This document shows positions 10,301 to 17,401 of a DNA stretch of 64,000 nucleotides, piece after piece. Origin of the DNA: Planctomycetota bacterium (GTDB taxonomy: Bacteria; Planctomycetota; Planctomycetia; Pirellulales; Lacipirellulaceae); the NCBI GenBank assembly GCA_039190745.1, contig JBCCXZ010000003.1, positions 1 to 64,000 on the forward strand, written 5' to 3'. The notes under the pieces are model-generated. The model made no database searches, was not told where the DNA came from, and saw nothing but the letters and a program-made list of their open reading frames with translations. How positions within the stretch are numbered: the first letter of the stretch is position 1; each line of letters starts with the position of its first letter. The position numbers and the translations under genes were made by a program.

Positions 10301-11588
10301 GGAAGGCCAGGGCGCCCAGCGAGAACACGTCGAGGTGCTCCCCCATGCCCGCCTCGGTGAGCGTCTCGGGGGCCAGGTAGGCGGTCGAGGCCTCTTCGAC
10401 GAACCGCTCGACGTGCGAGGTGGCAGAGACGGCCGGGTGGCCGCCGCTGGTCGAACGCGGGGCGCGGTAGCCCAGCTGCCAGTTGAAGACCTTCACCTCC
10501 GGCTTCGGGCCGTCCGCGTTGGTGAGCAGGATGCTCTGGGGCGACAGGGCGCGGTGGACAACGCGACGGTCGTGGGCGTAGCGGACCACCTCGGCGATCT
10601 GCCGCACCAGGTCCAGCCGGGCGTCCGTCGAGAGGCTGCCGCCTCGCTGGAGGAGGTAGTGGTCGAACCGGATCGACTGGGGGTCGTGCTCCATCAGCAG
10701 GGCAGGGCCCAGCGTGTGTTGGGTCAGCTGGTGGGCCTCCAGGACCCCCGGGTGCCTCAGGCTGCTGATCAGCTGGAACTCGCGCTCCGCGGCGCGGCGG
10801 CGTAGGTCCCGTTCGTCTTGGGCCGCTTCGGTACGGACGAGGTACAGCCGTGCCCGACGTAGCACGTTTTCGACCTGGCTGTGGCAAGCTTCCCAGTCTT
10901 GGTAACCGGGACCCTCTCCTACGAGTTTTCGCAGCCGGTAGTCGCCCACTCGGCGGCTCGCTTCTCTCTGCCGGATGCCCGCCTGGTCGAGGGCCTGGGC
11001 CACCGCGCGGGCAGTGGGTCGATCGTGCGGCTGCCGCGGCGGTCGCGGGTCGAGCCCGGGGCAATCGCGGTCTTTGACGGCGGCCATGATCCCGGGCCGG
11101 GCCGGGCGTTCGTCGGTCGCCTCCCGGTCCCGAAGGCAGACTTTGGTCCGGGCCGCCCCCTGCAGGTCGCACTGCAGGCCCTCCGCCGAGCAGAAGACCA
11201 GCGGTTGGACGTAGGGCATCCGCGCCCGGCCGCGGCGGAAGGCGTTCTGTTTTTCGAGCAGTGACCGGAGCTTCTTGGACTTCAGGTCGGTCGCAAAGAG
11301 CGGGTTGTCGACCGTCTTCGTACGGCCGTCGTGGACCCAGTTCCAGCTGCCCGCGTCCCCGGTTAGCCGTCCTGGGTTGCTCTTAATCTCGATCAGGAAG
11401 AACCCCATCGGGGAGAAGAGGAGCAGGTCCACTTCGTTGATGCTGCCATCGTCGGCGATGAACTCGAAGTTCGACCAGGCCCGCCATGTCTCTGAGGCGG
11501 GCATGCGCTCGCGGATGTAGTCGAGCGCCTCGCGTTCCCAGGGGAACGGAGACTCTGATACCGTCGTCCAGTGAGGAGTGGGGGGCAC
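7323..11588 (-). CDS. pglW: BREX-2 Ser/Thr kinase PglW (NERD nuclease-like domain, two kinase domains, RNAP alpha-CTD-like domain)
   Basis: NERD-like EVDLLL...LIEIKS; kinase HRDIKPDNI; alpha-CTD-like IHELGLGTRATNALDRANILTVADLL...GVGSKT; stop overlaps pglX start (ATGA). GTG start at 11588 is inferred; ORF track extends to 11621. Confidence 0.93.
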   Translation of the reverse strand: MPPTPHWTTVSESPFPWEREALDYIRERMPASETWRAWSNFEFIADDGSINEVDLLLFSPMGFFLIEIKSNPGRLTGDAGSWNWVHDGRTKTVDNPLFATDLKSKKLRSLLEKQNAFRRGRARMPYVQPLVFCSAEGLQCDLQGAARTKVCLRDREATDERPARPGIMAAVKDRDCPGLDPRPPRQPHDRPTARAVAQALDQAGIRQREASRRVGDYRLRKLVGEGPGYQDWEACHSQVENVLRRARLYLVRTEAAQDERDLRRRAAEREFQLISSLRHPGVLEAHQLTQHTLGPALLMEHDPQSIRFDHYLLQRGGSLSTDARLDLVRQIAEVVRYAHDRRVVHRALSPQSILLTNADGPKPEVKVFNWQLGYRAPRSTSGGHPAVSATSHVERFVEEASTAYLAPETLTEAGMGEHLDVFSLGALAFHIFSGQPPASSAVTLAEKLRGTNGLQISSVLNGASPWLQDLVQTATHPVVATRTGSASEFLEALDLVEEELTEPEDESIDDPTAARIDDTLAGGYRVKRRLGKGACSIALLVEFQGADFVMKVANHPDQSDRLAEEAEVLQGDAMRHQGIVDLVDVVQIGQHFGFLMRPIVADRDNLRVETLGQRLRSEGSLQIDLLQRFGEDLLSVVLHLEENGVPHRDIKPDNIAVGRVGGRGALHAVLFDFSLSRTPAENVRAGTPGYLDPLLPLRQPPRWDLHAERYSAAATLYELATGALPKWGDGVTEPSQLPEETEATLDLELLDGALRRPLGEFFGRAFRRDITQRFDNAEVMLRAWRAAFEHVGEATPLTDQAEDQELQERLAAATFDSAIHELGLGTRATNALDRANILTVADLLTTPARQLVPLRGVGSKTRKEITAAVRLLRERLGTPEVEPEELVDTDQRETASTEVDSMSVDLVMDRVVRAGQRKGDTFRQVSRLLLGLEGPWQGGWPSQSDITPAAEVTRGRVGQIVTELQKRWSDEPSLTSLRQTLHELLEAQGGVASPRELADALLVTRGSMQDEPLRGQLAQAAVRACVEVERSRENPRYIARRREQNVLIATDRRLIDYAWRLGKLADSIAAEDPLLSSSLAQERLQEVPAPEGVAFANARLLRLAATASSRAAVSSRQELYPRGMDAGRAVKLSQGALFAQRELPVEQIVARVRGRYPLCAELPGRPALDSLLEEAGLTLNWDPRAASGHGAYRPQVTDRHSVSSLSTSLQRWATSSGTVHFDEITPEVAEARQFEERLNVSLRDNAFQVLLVPPKRFDAARDELLHRFDLELVDCEGVVLDALRAAADEKGVDWNLVLRTDATPSEGDWDRLLQLVEYAKPAIQERLLAVRKPMLMVFPGLLARYDQMDVLDLLAQRVGRDNAPPAMWLLLTGDSQAMIEGKPVPLTGHGQKASIPESWLANRHRTSGRNPPLASENEPTT

Positions 11589-11950
11589 GAGGGCAGATCG
11601 TTCGAGCGGGCGGCGGCCCACGCACCGGCGTGGACCGCCCGTATAAGACGGGGCCTAACCACCGCAGCCTACCAATATTGACCGCTCGCCGGAATCAGCG
11701 CCGGGGGCTATGGAGTGCTTCTGGCGAGGTGGCTTGGGCCGGGCAGAGGCGAGTCTAGGGGTTGCACAAGGGCGTCGAGGGCGGGGCAGTGGGGCTTCAC
11801 CACGGAACGGTGCACTCTCCGTTCTAGCCAGCACGCCCAGCAAGACCCCGCGGTCGCTGATTGGAGCCCAGATGGGGATTTTAGGGCCACATAATTCCAG
11901 CGCCCTCGCCGCGAGCCGGCTGGCTCTCTCTGGTATGCAGAGTCTGGAAT

Positions 11951-12328
11951 CTACTCTTCCGACTGGTTCCCCAGCCTCGCCTGAAGCCGCTCCAGAAACT
12001 CGATCGAAGCATCGAAGACCCGTGTACGTTCCGCCTCGGACTCGCGACGCTCGGCGTCCGCTCGCCGCTGGGCCTGGAGCCTGATGATACGGTCGTTGGA
12101 ACCGCAGAGTTGCAAGGACGGCCCTCGCTGGGTTCGAGGGCCGGGCCGGGAGTGGACCAGGTACCACCGCAGCTGCCGCAGGTGACGCTCGGTGTACTCA
12201 AAAGCCCTGCGGTGACCGCGGCGTGGCTTGGGGTCGAGGTAGCCGTGCATCAGGGCATGACGAAGCCGGTCTACGGTCACCGCGAAGCCCTCTTGCCGCA
12301 GCAGTTTGATCACTTCCTGGCGGCCCAT
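11951..12328 (-). CDS. Small putative DNA-binding protein (MerR-like HTH)
   Basis: VTVDRLRHALMHGYLDPKP...AFEYTERHLRQL resembles a MerR/excisionase winged HTH. Confidence 0.55.
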   Translation of the reverse strand: MGRQEVIKLLRQEGFAVTVDRLRHALMHGYLDPKPRRGHRRAFEYTERHLRQLRWYLVHSRPGPRTQRGPSLQLCGSNDRIIRLQAQRRADAERRESEAERTRVFDASIEFLERLQARLGNQSEE

Positions 12329-13286
12329 ATCCAAAGTCCTTCCCTGGAGTCTTCCGAACCTGCAGTCGTGGCTGTTTCAGGAACAAAGTCTGCCTAGCTG
12401 GTTTGGAGTGGAGCTGAACGGTCTCCCGCTCGCCCTCGTCGAAGACGACTTCGAGGTTGGGTAGTCGCAAAGCGGCAAGCTTATAGCGGGAAACACCAGT
12501 TGGTAAACCGGTCCGCGAGCGCTGCCGCGCGACGCTGCCATCTGATTCACCGGACTGCCACCCGTCACGTCGACAACGACAAGTAAGCCTGTCAGGGAAA
12601 GCCACTGCTCACGTCTTAGCGGCACCGCTTAATTCGTGGCGATTAAGAATTCAAGGAAGTCGCTATTCTCGGGCTAAGGATGAAGCACCACTAACCAAGC
12701 GGCACTGGGTCGGAACCGCCAGCCATCCGGTCGGTGGTCTGGGGCCCGGGCTGCCGCCCATGCAGCAGAAGAGCCGCTGGGCGAATCCTGCGGTTCCGAG
12801 CCTCTGGCCGCCCAGTGGACGCCTCGTCGCGGTCTGCCAGACCGCCTGGAACCGCGCCGAGCCAGAGCGGGGAGTTTAGGTCCAATTAATTCGCCCGGGC
12901 CAGCCTGGCAACCCACCCTGGTAACCGAAGCCCACTGCCGGCAGCTCGGCGCCAAGATTCTCAATCGGTAAACCAGCAATACCACTGTAAAATCAGTACG
13001 AAACCACGACTGCCCAGCTGCGGGCCCGCAAGTGACTTCTGGGTGGGCTCGGTGGGCCCACCAGCCCGGCAGCAGGAGCCCAAAGAATTCCCCGGGTGAC
13101 CAGCTCCGTGGCAACTGGCCTCGCCCATGCTCTGTCGGGTGGCGGTCTCTTAGGCCCACGTAACCAGATCGGTCGCCCAATGGGTTCCGACTGGGCTTCG
13201 ACTGGGCTTCGCAAGTGCAGCCGGCCGATTCAGCTGGTGTTGCCTTCCTGGGCCAGACTGTGCCTGGGCGGCCTCTGGCCATCGAA

Positions 13287-13640
13287 TCAGGTAGACGCAG
13301 GCAGACTCACCTCAAAGTTCGGGTGGGTGTTGTGCCACACGTCCTCCTGGGCGTTGACCAGCTCGAGAATGGCTTCCGCGATGGAATCGGATCTTATCCG
13401 GTCGACGAGGAACGTCGGCCCGAGGAGGTGCTTCTGGAGGGCTTCCCCGGATTGCCCAGTGGAATCGATGGTGGTCTTCTGCTGGGCGGCGTAATCGAAG
13501 GTCCAGAACCGGATGTGCCACACGGTCCCGTCAGCGAACTCAACGCGCGCATATTGGTTGCCGATCAGGTCCCACTCGACCGGTCCATACCCATCGAGCG
13601 GCGGCTCGAACGTGATCGTAAAGTTCTGAAGCCGGCTCAT
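13287..13640 (-). CDS. Hypothetical protein (117 aa), possibly immunity-protein-like
   Basis: Globular-looking composition; purine-rich RBS-like sequence before ATG 13640. Confidence 0.6.
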   Translation of the reverse strand: MSRLQNFTITFEPPLDGYGPVEWDLIGNQYARVEFADGTVWHIRFWTFDYAAQQKTTIDSTGQSGEALQKHLLGPTFLVDRIRSDSIAEAILELVNAQEDVWHNTHPNFEVSLPAST

Positions 13641-14172
13641 CGATCCACCCTTTCTCAGAGGAGCAGCGACCCGACGCCCAGCCGAAGCAGGTCGTGAGGC
13701 CATTCGCGGCCCCTCTGTGCCAGAACCCCCAGATTCTCAATCAGCTCGAACGCCCGTTTTTCTGCGCGCGCTTGTTTGACTGATTGCGCGCTTCACTTTG
13801 TAGTAAGAACAATCAAGAAAGCTCAAAGAAGAATACAACCAGCGTTGCTGTCCGAGCATGTGCGTACCGACCCCATCCAGAGGATGGGGGCGGCACGCAC
13901 ATTGAAGATGGCGTCGCCGCCCTTCGCACGCACTCACCGCCGGCACTTTTTTTCTCTTGGCGTACCGGTTCCCCCGCCAAGCCGGGCCGTGATCCGCAGC
14001 CGTACGTCGTCGCCGCTGCGGCGGTTATCCGGACTCTTCACTCGCCCTCTTGTTGACCTCCTCGAGGCGCGTCGGCGGGGCGTGTTTCTATTGCCGTGTG
14101 CTGCTTTGGCTTGTCAGTGTTGGTTCTGGCGTCCTGTAGAGCCTCACGCTTCACTCGAGGCTTCAGGGGCGT

Positions 14173-14466
14173 CTATATGCCCTGGCTCTCCAGGTAGTCG
14201 CAGGCCCGCTTCTGTTCGTTCTCACGCACCGAGACGCTGACGGTGTGCCCGCTGGCTACATCGGCGGAAGCGGTCGTCTCCCGGACGAACCGACGGACAG
14301 CGTCGACGCTGGTAACGCGCCTGCCTCCGATAACGACCGTCTCGAGACGGGCCCCTCGCACGCCCCGTGTCCGCCAGCGGTAGATCGTAGCTGTGTGCGG
14401 GCGCTTTCCGGTTGCCCGCGCGATGGCGTCGACGACCGGCATGAGGTGTTCTTTTTCGAGATTCAT
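14173..14466 (-). CDS. DUF1580-type HTH protein (putative excisionase/regulator)
   Basis: RPHTATIYRWRTRGVRGARLETVVIGGRRVTSVDAVRRF matches the DUF1580 pattern seen beside planctomycete integrases. Confidence 0.85.
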   Translation of the reverse strand: MNLEKEHLMPVVDAIARATGKRPHTATIYRWRTRGVRGARLETVVIGGRRVTSVDAVRRFVRETTASADVASGHTVSVSVRENEQKRACDYLESQGI

Positions 14467-14542
14467 TGCATGCTCATGCAATAAAAAAAGATGGATTGCA
14501 TTGCCTGCAACCCACCTTACTGCCGAACACGGTCTTGCCGAG

Positions 14543-14583
14543 GCAAAGCGCTAGCGCCTTGCTGCAAAGCGCTAGCGCTTTGT
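14543..14583. promoter_or_regulatory. Two tandem palindromes (putative operator pair) upstream of the DUF1580 gene
   Basis: gcaaagcgctagcgccttgc (14543-14562) and gcaaagcgctagcgctttgt (14564-14583), 21-bp period. Confidence 0.6.
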
Positions 14584-14588
14584 CAGAA

Positions 14589-15110
14589 TTAGTCGGAATC
14601 TAGTGCGTGCCTCCTGGCGGTCCTCATGTCGATGTCGAATCGTTTCTTCAGCTCTTCCAATGCCTCTTTTGGTTCGACATTCTTGTTGACGAGTTCTTGG
14701 AATGCTTGCCGGATCATCTGGCCCTTCTCGCGCTGCTTCTCATTCGTCATCTTCGCGCCGCGTGACCTACTCGCCTGGATCGTCGCATACTTGATCAAGT
14801 GCTCGTAAACGCGTAGTCGCTCCGTCCATGTTCCCAGGCAGAAGCCAGCTCTTACCGCATCTGCAACCGCTTCCTTGGCCGGGACACTTCCAGTTTCGAC
14901 CTGCTCTAGTGCTTTCTCCGCGCTCTCTGCTGCACTCCTCACTTCGGGGGCAGTCCCTACGCACGAGAGGAAACTCATAAGGCCCTGCTCATCCAGTTCA
15001 CTGCCACGGACTTTTCTCGATTCGGCGGCCCGCCAATCCGCGTAGTCCACGCAGTGTTGCAGGAACTCCTCGATAGGCAGCTCTAGATCATCGAATGAAA
15101 CGGGTTCCAT
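14589..15110 (-). CDS. Hypothetical protein (173 aa), possible C-terminal HTH
   Basis: GGAGG RBS before ATG 15110; C-terminus PKEALEELKKRFDIDMRTARRH is HTH-like; visibly lower GC than neighbours. Confidence 0.7.
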   Translation of the reverse strand: MEPVSFDDLELPIEEFLQHCVDYADWRAAESRKVRGSELDEQGLMSFLSCVGTAPEVRSAAESAEKALEQVETGSVPAKEAVADAVRAGFCLGTWTERLRVYEHLIKYATIQASRSRGAKMTNEKQREKGQMIRQAFQELVNKNVEPKEALEELKKRFDIDMRTARRHALDSD

Positions 15111-15187
15111 TGTTTCGGACCTCCTCCCTCGTCGTTGATGTTGCAAAACACTGCAAATCCAAGCACAGCCTAATTGCTCTACCGCCG

Positions 15188-16363
15188 TTAACCAGTCTTC
15201 GCGGCTATCTCCCGGGCCAGCGCCTCGTCCCGCATCGCGTAGTGCTCCGTGACGTTCGCGTGTGAGTGGCCCAGCAGCACCTGGCTCGCTTCGAGTCCGT
15301 GCTTGGCTCGCACCTCGGTCGCGAAGGTGTGCCGCAGCAGCCCCGGCGACCAGGGTTCTACGCCCGCCGCCTCGGCGGCCCTCTGGACGGCTCTCCGGTA
15401 GCTGTCGACGCTGTACCGGGCCCCTGGCGGACGCTTGGCTGAGCGATGCCGCTTGGCGGCGGGGCGGTTCCCTTGCGACAGGGGCGTCGTACGGGCGGCG
15501 TGTCGCGCTTCGTAGTGCTCCGCGACCGCCTCTCGCGGTGAGAAGCAGTACTGATCGGCCCCACGCAGCAGGAAGGGACGCAGGACCTCCTGGCCGCGGG
15601 GGCCGATGTAGACCTTCCGGTTCTTGCCGAGGTAGTCCGTCTTGTGGGACGCCGGCGTATAGCGCCACACTTGGTCGCTCCGGTCGATGTCTCCCGGTCG
15701 GAGGATGACCAGCTCACCGGGCCGCATCCCGGTCTGCCGCTGCAGCTCGACCATCGCCCGGACGGTGGGCGTCAGGTGGGGCAGGGTCTTGGCGAGCTGT
15801 TCGTCCGTCACGGGCCGCCTGGGAGCGGCCTCACGGGCCTGGCTGCGTCCCTTGCGGAGCCCCTCGACGGTGGCGAGGGACTGCACCACCTCGACGGGCA
15901 CCAGCCCCTCGCTCACGCCCCAGCGGAACATCCGCTTGATGCGGTTGACGTGGTCGTTGATGTACCGCCGGCTCAGGCCGTCTTCAAGCATCTTCTGCCG
16001 CAGGGCTTTCAATGCCACCGGGGTGAACTCCGCTACCGAATCCTCTCCATACCACGCCTTGAGGTAGCGTATGACGCACTTGACGGCGGGGGCCACGCCA
16101 GTGCAACGGCCGTCCTTCTGGTAGTACTGCAACGCGTGCTTATAGTACCGGGCGCAGAGTTCGACGACCGACAGCGAGTCGTGGCCGGCGGGATCGCAGC
16201 GGCCGCCGGCGAGCCACTCGGCGACCAGGCGGTCGTAGGAGAGTTTGCTGGCCTTGGTGCCGTGGGGACCGAGGTAATGGTCGACGCCGGAGAGGGTGAC
16301 CACGGCCTGACCGCTGGCTTTGTGCTTGCGGTACTTGGGGATCGAATGGGCGAGACGCGGCAT
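15188..16363 (-). CDS. Tyrosine recombinase/integrase
   Basis: TGMRPGEL (catalytic R), LLRHTFATE, LLGHS...TEHY; N-terminal arm-binding-like YRKHKASGQAVVTLSGVDHYLG. Confidence 0.95.
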   Translation of the reverse strand: MPRLAHSIPKYRKHKASGQAVVTLSGVDHYLGPHGTKASKLSYDRLVAEWLAGGRCDPAGHDSLSVVELCARYYKHALQYYQKDGRCTGVAPAVKCVIRYLKAWYGEDSVAEFTPVALKALRQKMLEDGLSRRYINDHVNRIKRMFRWGVSEGLVPVEVVQSLATVEGLRKGRSQAREAAPRRPVTDEQLAKTLPHLTPTVRAMVELQRQTGMRPGELVILRPGDIDRSDQVWRYTPASHKTDYLGKNRKVYIGPRGQEVLRPFLLRGADQYCFSPREAVAEHYEARHAARTTPLSQGNRPAAKRHRSAKRPPGARYSVDSYRRAVQRAAEAAGVEPWSPGLLRHTFATEVRAKHGLEASQVLLGHSHANVTEHYAMRDEALAREIAAKTG

Positions 16364-16393
16364 GCGCAGGGCTCCCGTAGTGAGGCACAGCCA

Positions 16394-16415
16394 CAAAACG
16401 GTATGTACCGTTTTG
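16394..16415. promoter_or_regulatory. Near-perfect palindrome between the tRNA 3' end and the integrase start
   Basis: caaaacggta-tg-taccgttttg, 10-bp arms. Confidence 0.5.
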
Positions 16416-16490
16416 CGCCGTCGGGAATTGCCGCGCTGCCGACCGCCGGCAGGTAACTTAAAGACTAGTTTCGGCGGGGTTTAGGTTCAG

Positions 16491-16564
16491 TGGGCGACAC
16501 TGGATTCGAACCAGTGACCTCTGCGGTGTGAACACAGCGCTCTAACCAACTGAGCTAGCCGCCC
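16491..16564 (-). tRNA. tRNA-Val (anticodon CAC)
   Basis: Reverse complement gggcggctagctcagttggttagagcgctgtgttCACaccgcagaggtcactggttcgaatccagtgtcgccca folds as a cloverleaf; CCA tail not encoded. Confidence 0.97.
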
Positions 16565-16618
16565 TGGGAATCCCGAATCTTAACGCTTCCAGCCCCGCCG
16601 TTCCAGGCGCCCGGCCGG

Positions 16619-16981
16619 CTACGCTGTCGGGGTCGTCGGCTTGTCGTCCGCCGCTGAGTCAGCAGCTTCCCCCTCGGAGGCCGACCCCTCCAGCCCGTCG
16701 TTTGAGCCATCGTCGTCTGAGTCATCCTCGTCCGAGCCGGCGTCGGCGTACTGCTGTTCGTCGTAGTACGGCAACCGTTCGGTATCGGTGTCGACGTACA
16801 GCGACTGATTAAACTCGTCCTGGATGCCGCTGAGCCCGCGGCGGAACTCGGCGAGCGTCTGCCCCCAACTCCGGGCCACCTCCGGCAGCTTGCCGCCGTA
16901 CAGCAGCAGTGCCACGCCCAGGATGAGCAGCATCTCCCCCGGGCCGGGGCTCCAGAAGGCCAGGATTGAGTGCATGTTCAT
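16619..16981 (-). CDS. TatA/TatB-family translocase subunit with acidic tail
   Basis: GPGEMLLILGVALLLYGGKLPEVARSWGQTLAEFRR. Confidence 0.85.
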   Translation of the reverse strand: MNMHSILAFWSPGPGEMLLILGVALLLYGGKLPEVARSWGQTLAEFRRGLSGIQDEFNQSLYVDTDTERLPYYDEQQYADAGSDEDDSDDDGSNDGLEGSASEGEAADSAADDKPTTPTA

Positions 16982-17023
16982 CTGCCAGCCCAACGGAAGT
17001 TGAGGCGTGCCTTTGCTTCGGCG

Positions 17024-17257
17024 TTACTTCTGGGCGAACTCTTTCTCGTGTTCGCCGCTGGAGGCTGCGTGCACCTTCTCTTCGATTTTCTCCTCGGAGG
17101 TGTCTCCGTCCCGGATGCCCTTCTTGAACTCAGTGATGCCAATACCTAGAGACCGCATCACCGAGGGCAACCGGTTGCCGAACAACAGAAGCAACACGAA
17201 AGCCACGATCAGCATCTCGGGCACACCGGGGAACCCGATCGCGAACAGGATGTCCAT
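17024..17257 (-). CDS. tatA: Twin-arginine translocase subunit TatA
   Basis: EMLIVAFVLLLLFGNRLPSVMRSLGIGITEFKKG. Confidence 0.92.
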   Translation of the reverse strand: MDILFAIGFPGVPEMLIVAFVLLLLFGNRLPSVMRSLGIGITEFKKGIRDGDTSEEKIEEKVHAASSGEHEKEFAQK

Positions 17258-17401
17258 GGGTTACTCGCCTTTCTCGGTGTCGGCTCGTCGCCTATCGTAA
17301 ACTTTGTCTGCGCAACACGTTCGGTTCGAGACCCTCTATTATTCCTCTCGTAACGCGTCTAGTCAAACCGCCGACAACTTTGGCCGAAATGGTGCGACGC
17401 T

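Larger units (their letters stand above)
1..16490. mobile_element. tRNA-Val-integrated genomic island carrying a BREX-2 defence system (left end outside window)
   Basis: Tyrosine integrase starts about 130 bp from the tRNA-Val 3' end and is followed by a DUF1580-type HTH, small hypotheticals and defence genes; housekeeping genes resume on the other side of the tRNA. Confidence 0.85.

Noticed and set aside
8148..10805. 885-aa plus-strand ORF (likewise 3538-4863 and 6214-7308)
   Set aside because: Antisense shadows of pglW/pglX, expected in high-GC coding DNA; no recognisable motifs
11590..14170. Second att site (duplicated tRNA-Val 3' end)
   Set aside because: Not found by eye; the island boundary probably lies left of the window
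15111..15668. N-terminal extension of ORF 14589-15668
   Set aside because: Overlaps the integrase in another frame; a good RBS and ATG exist at 15110
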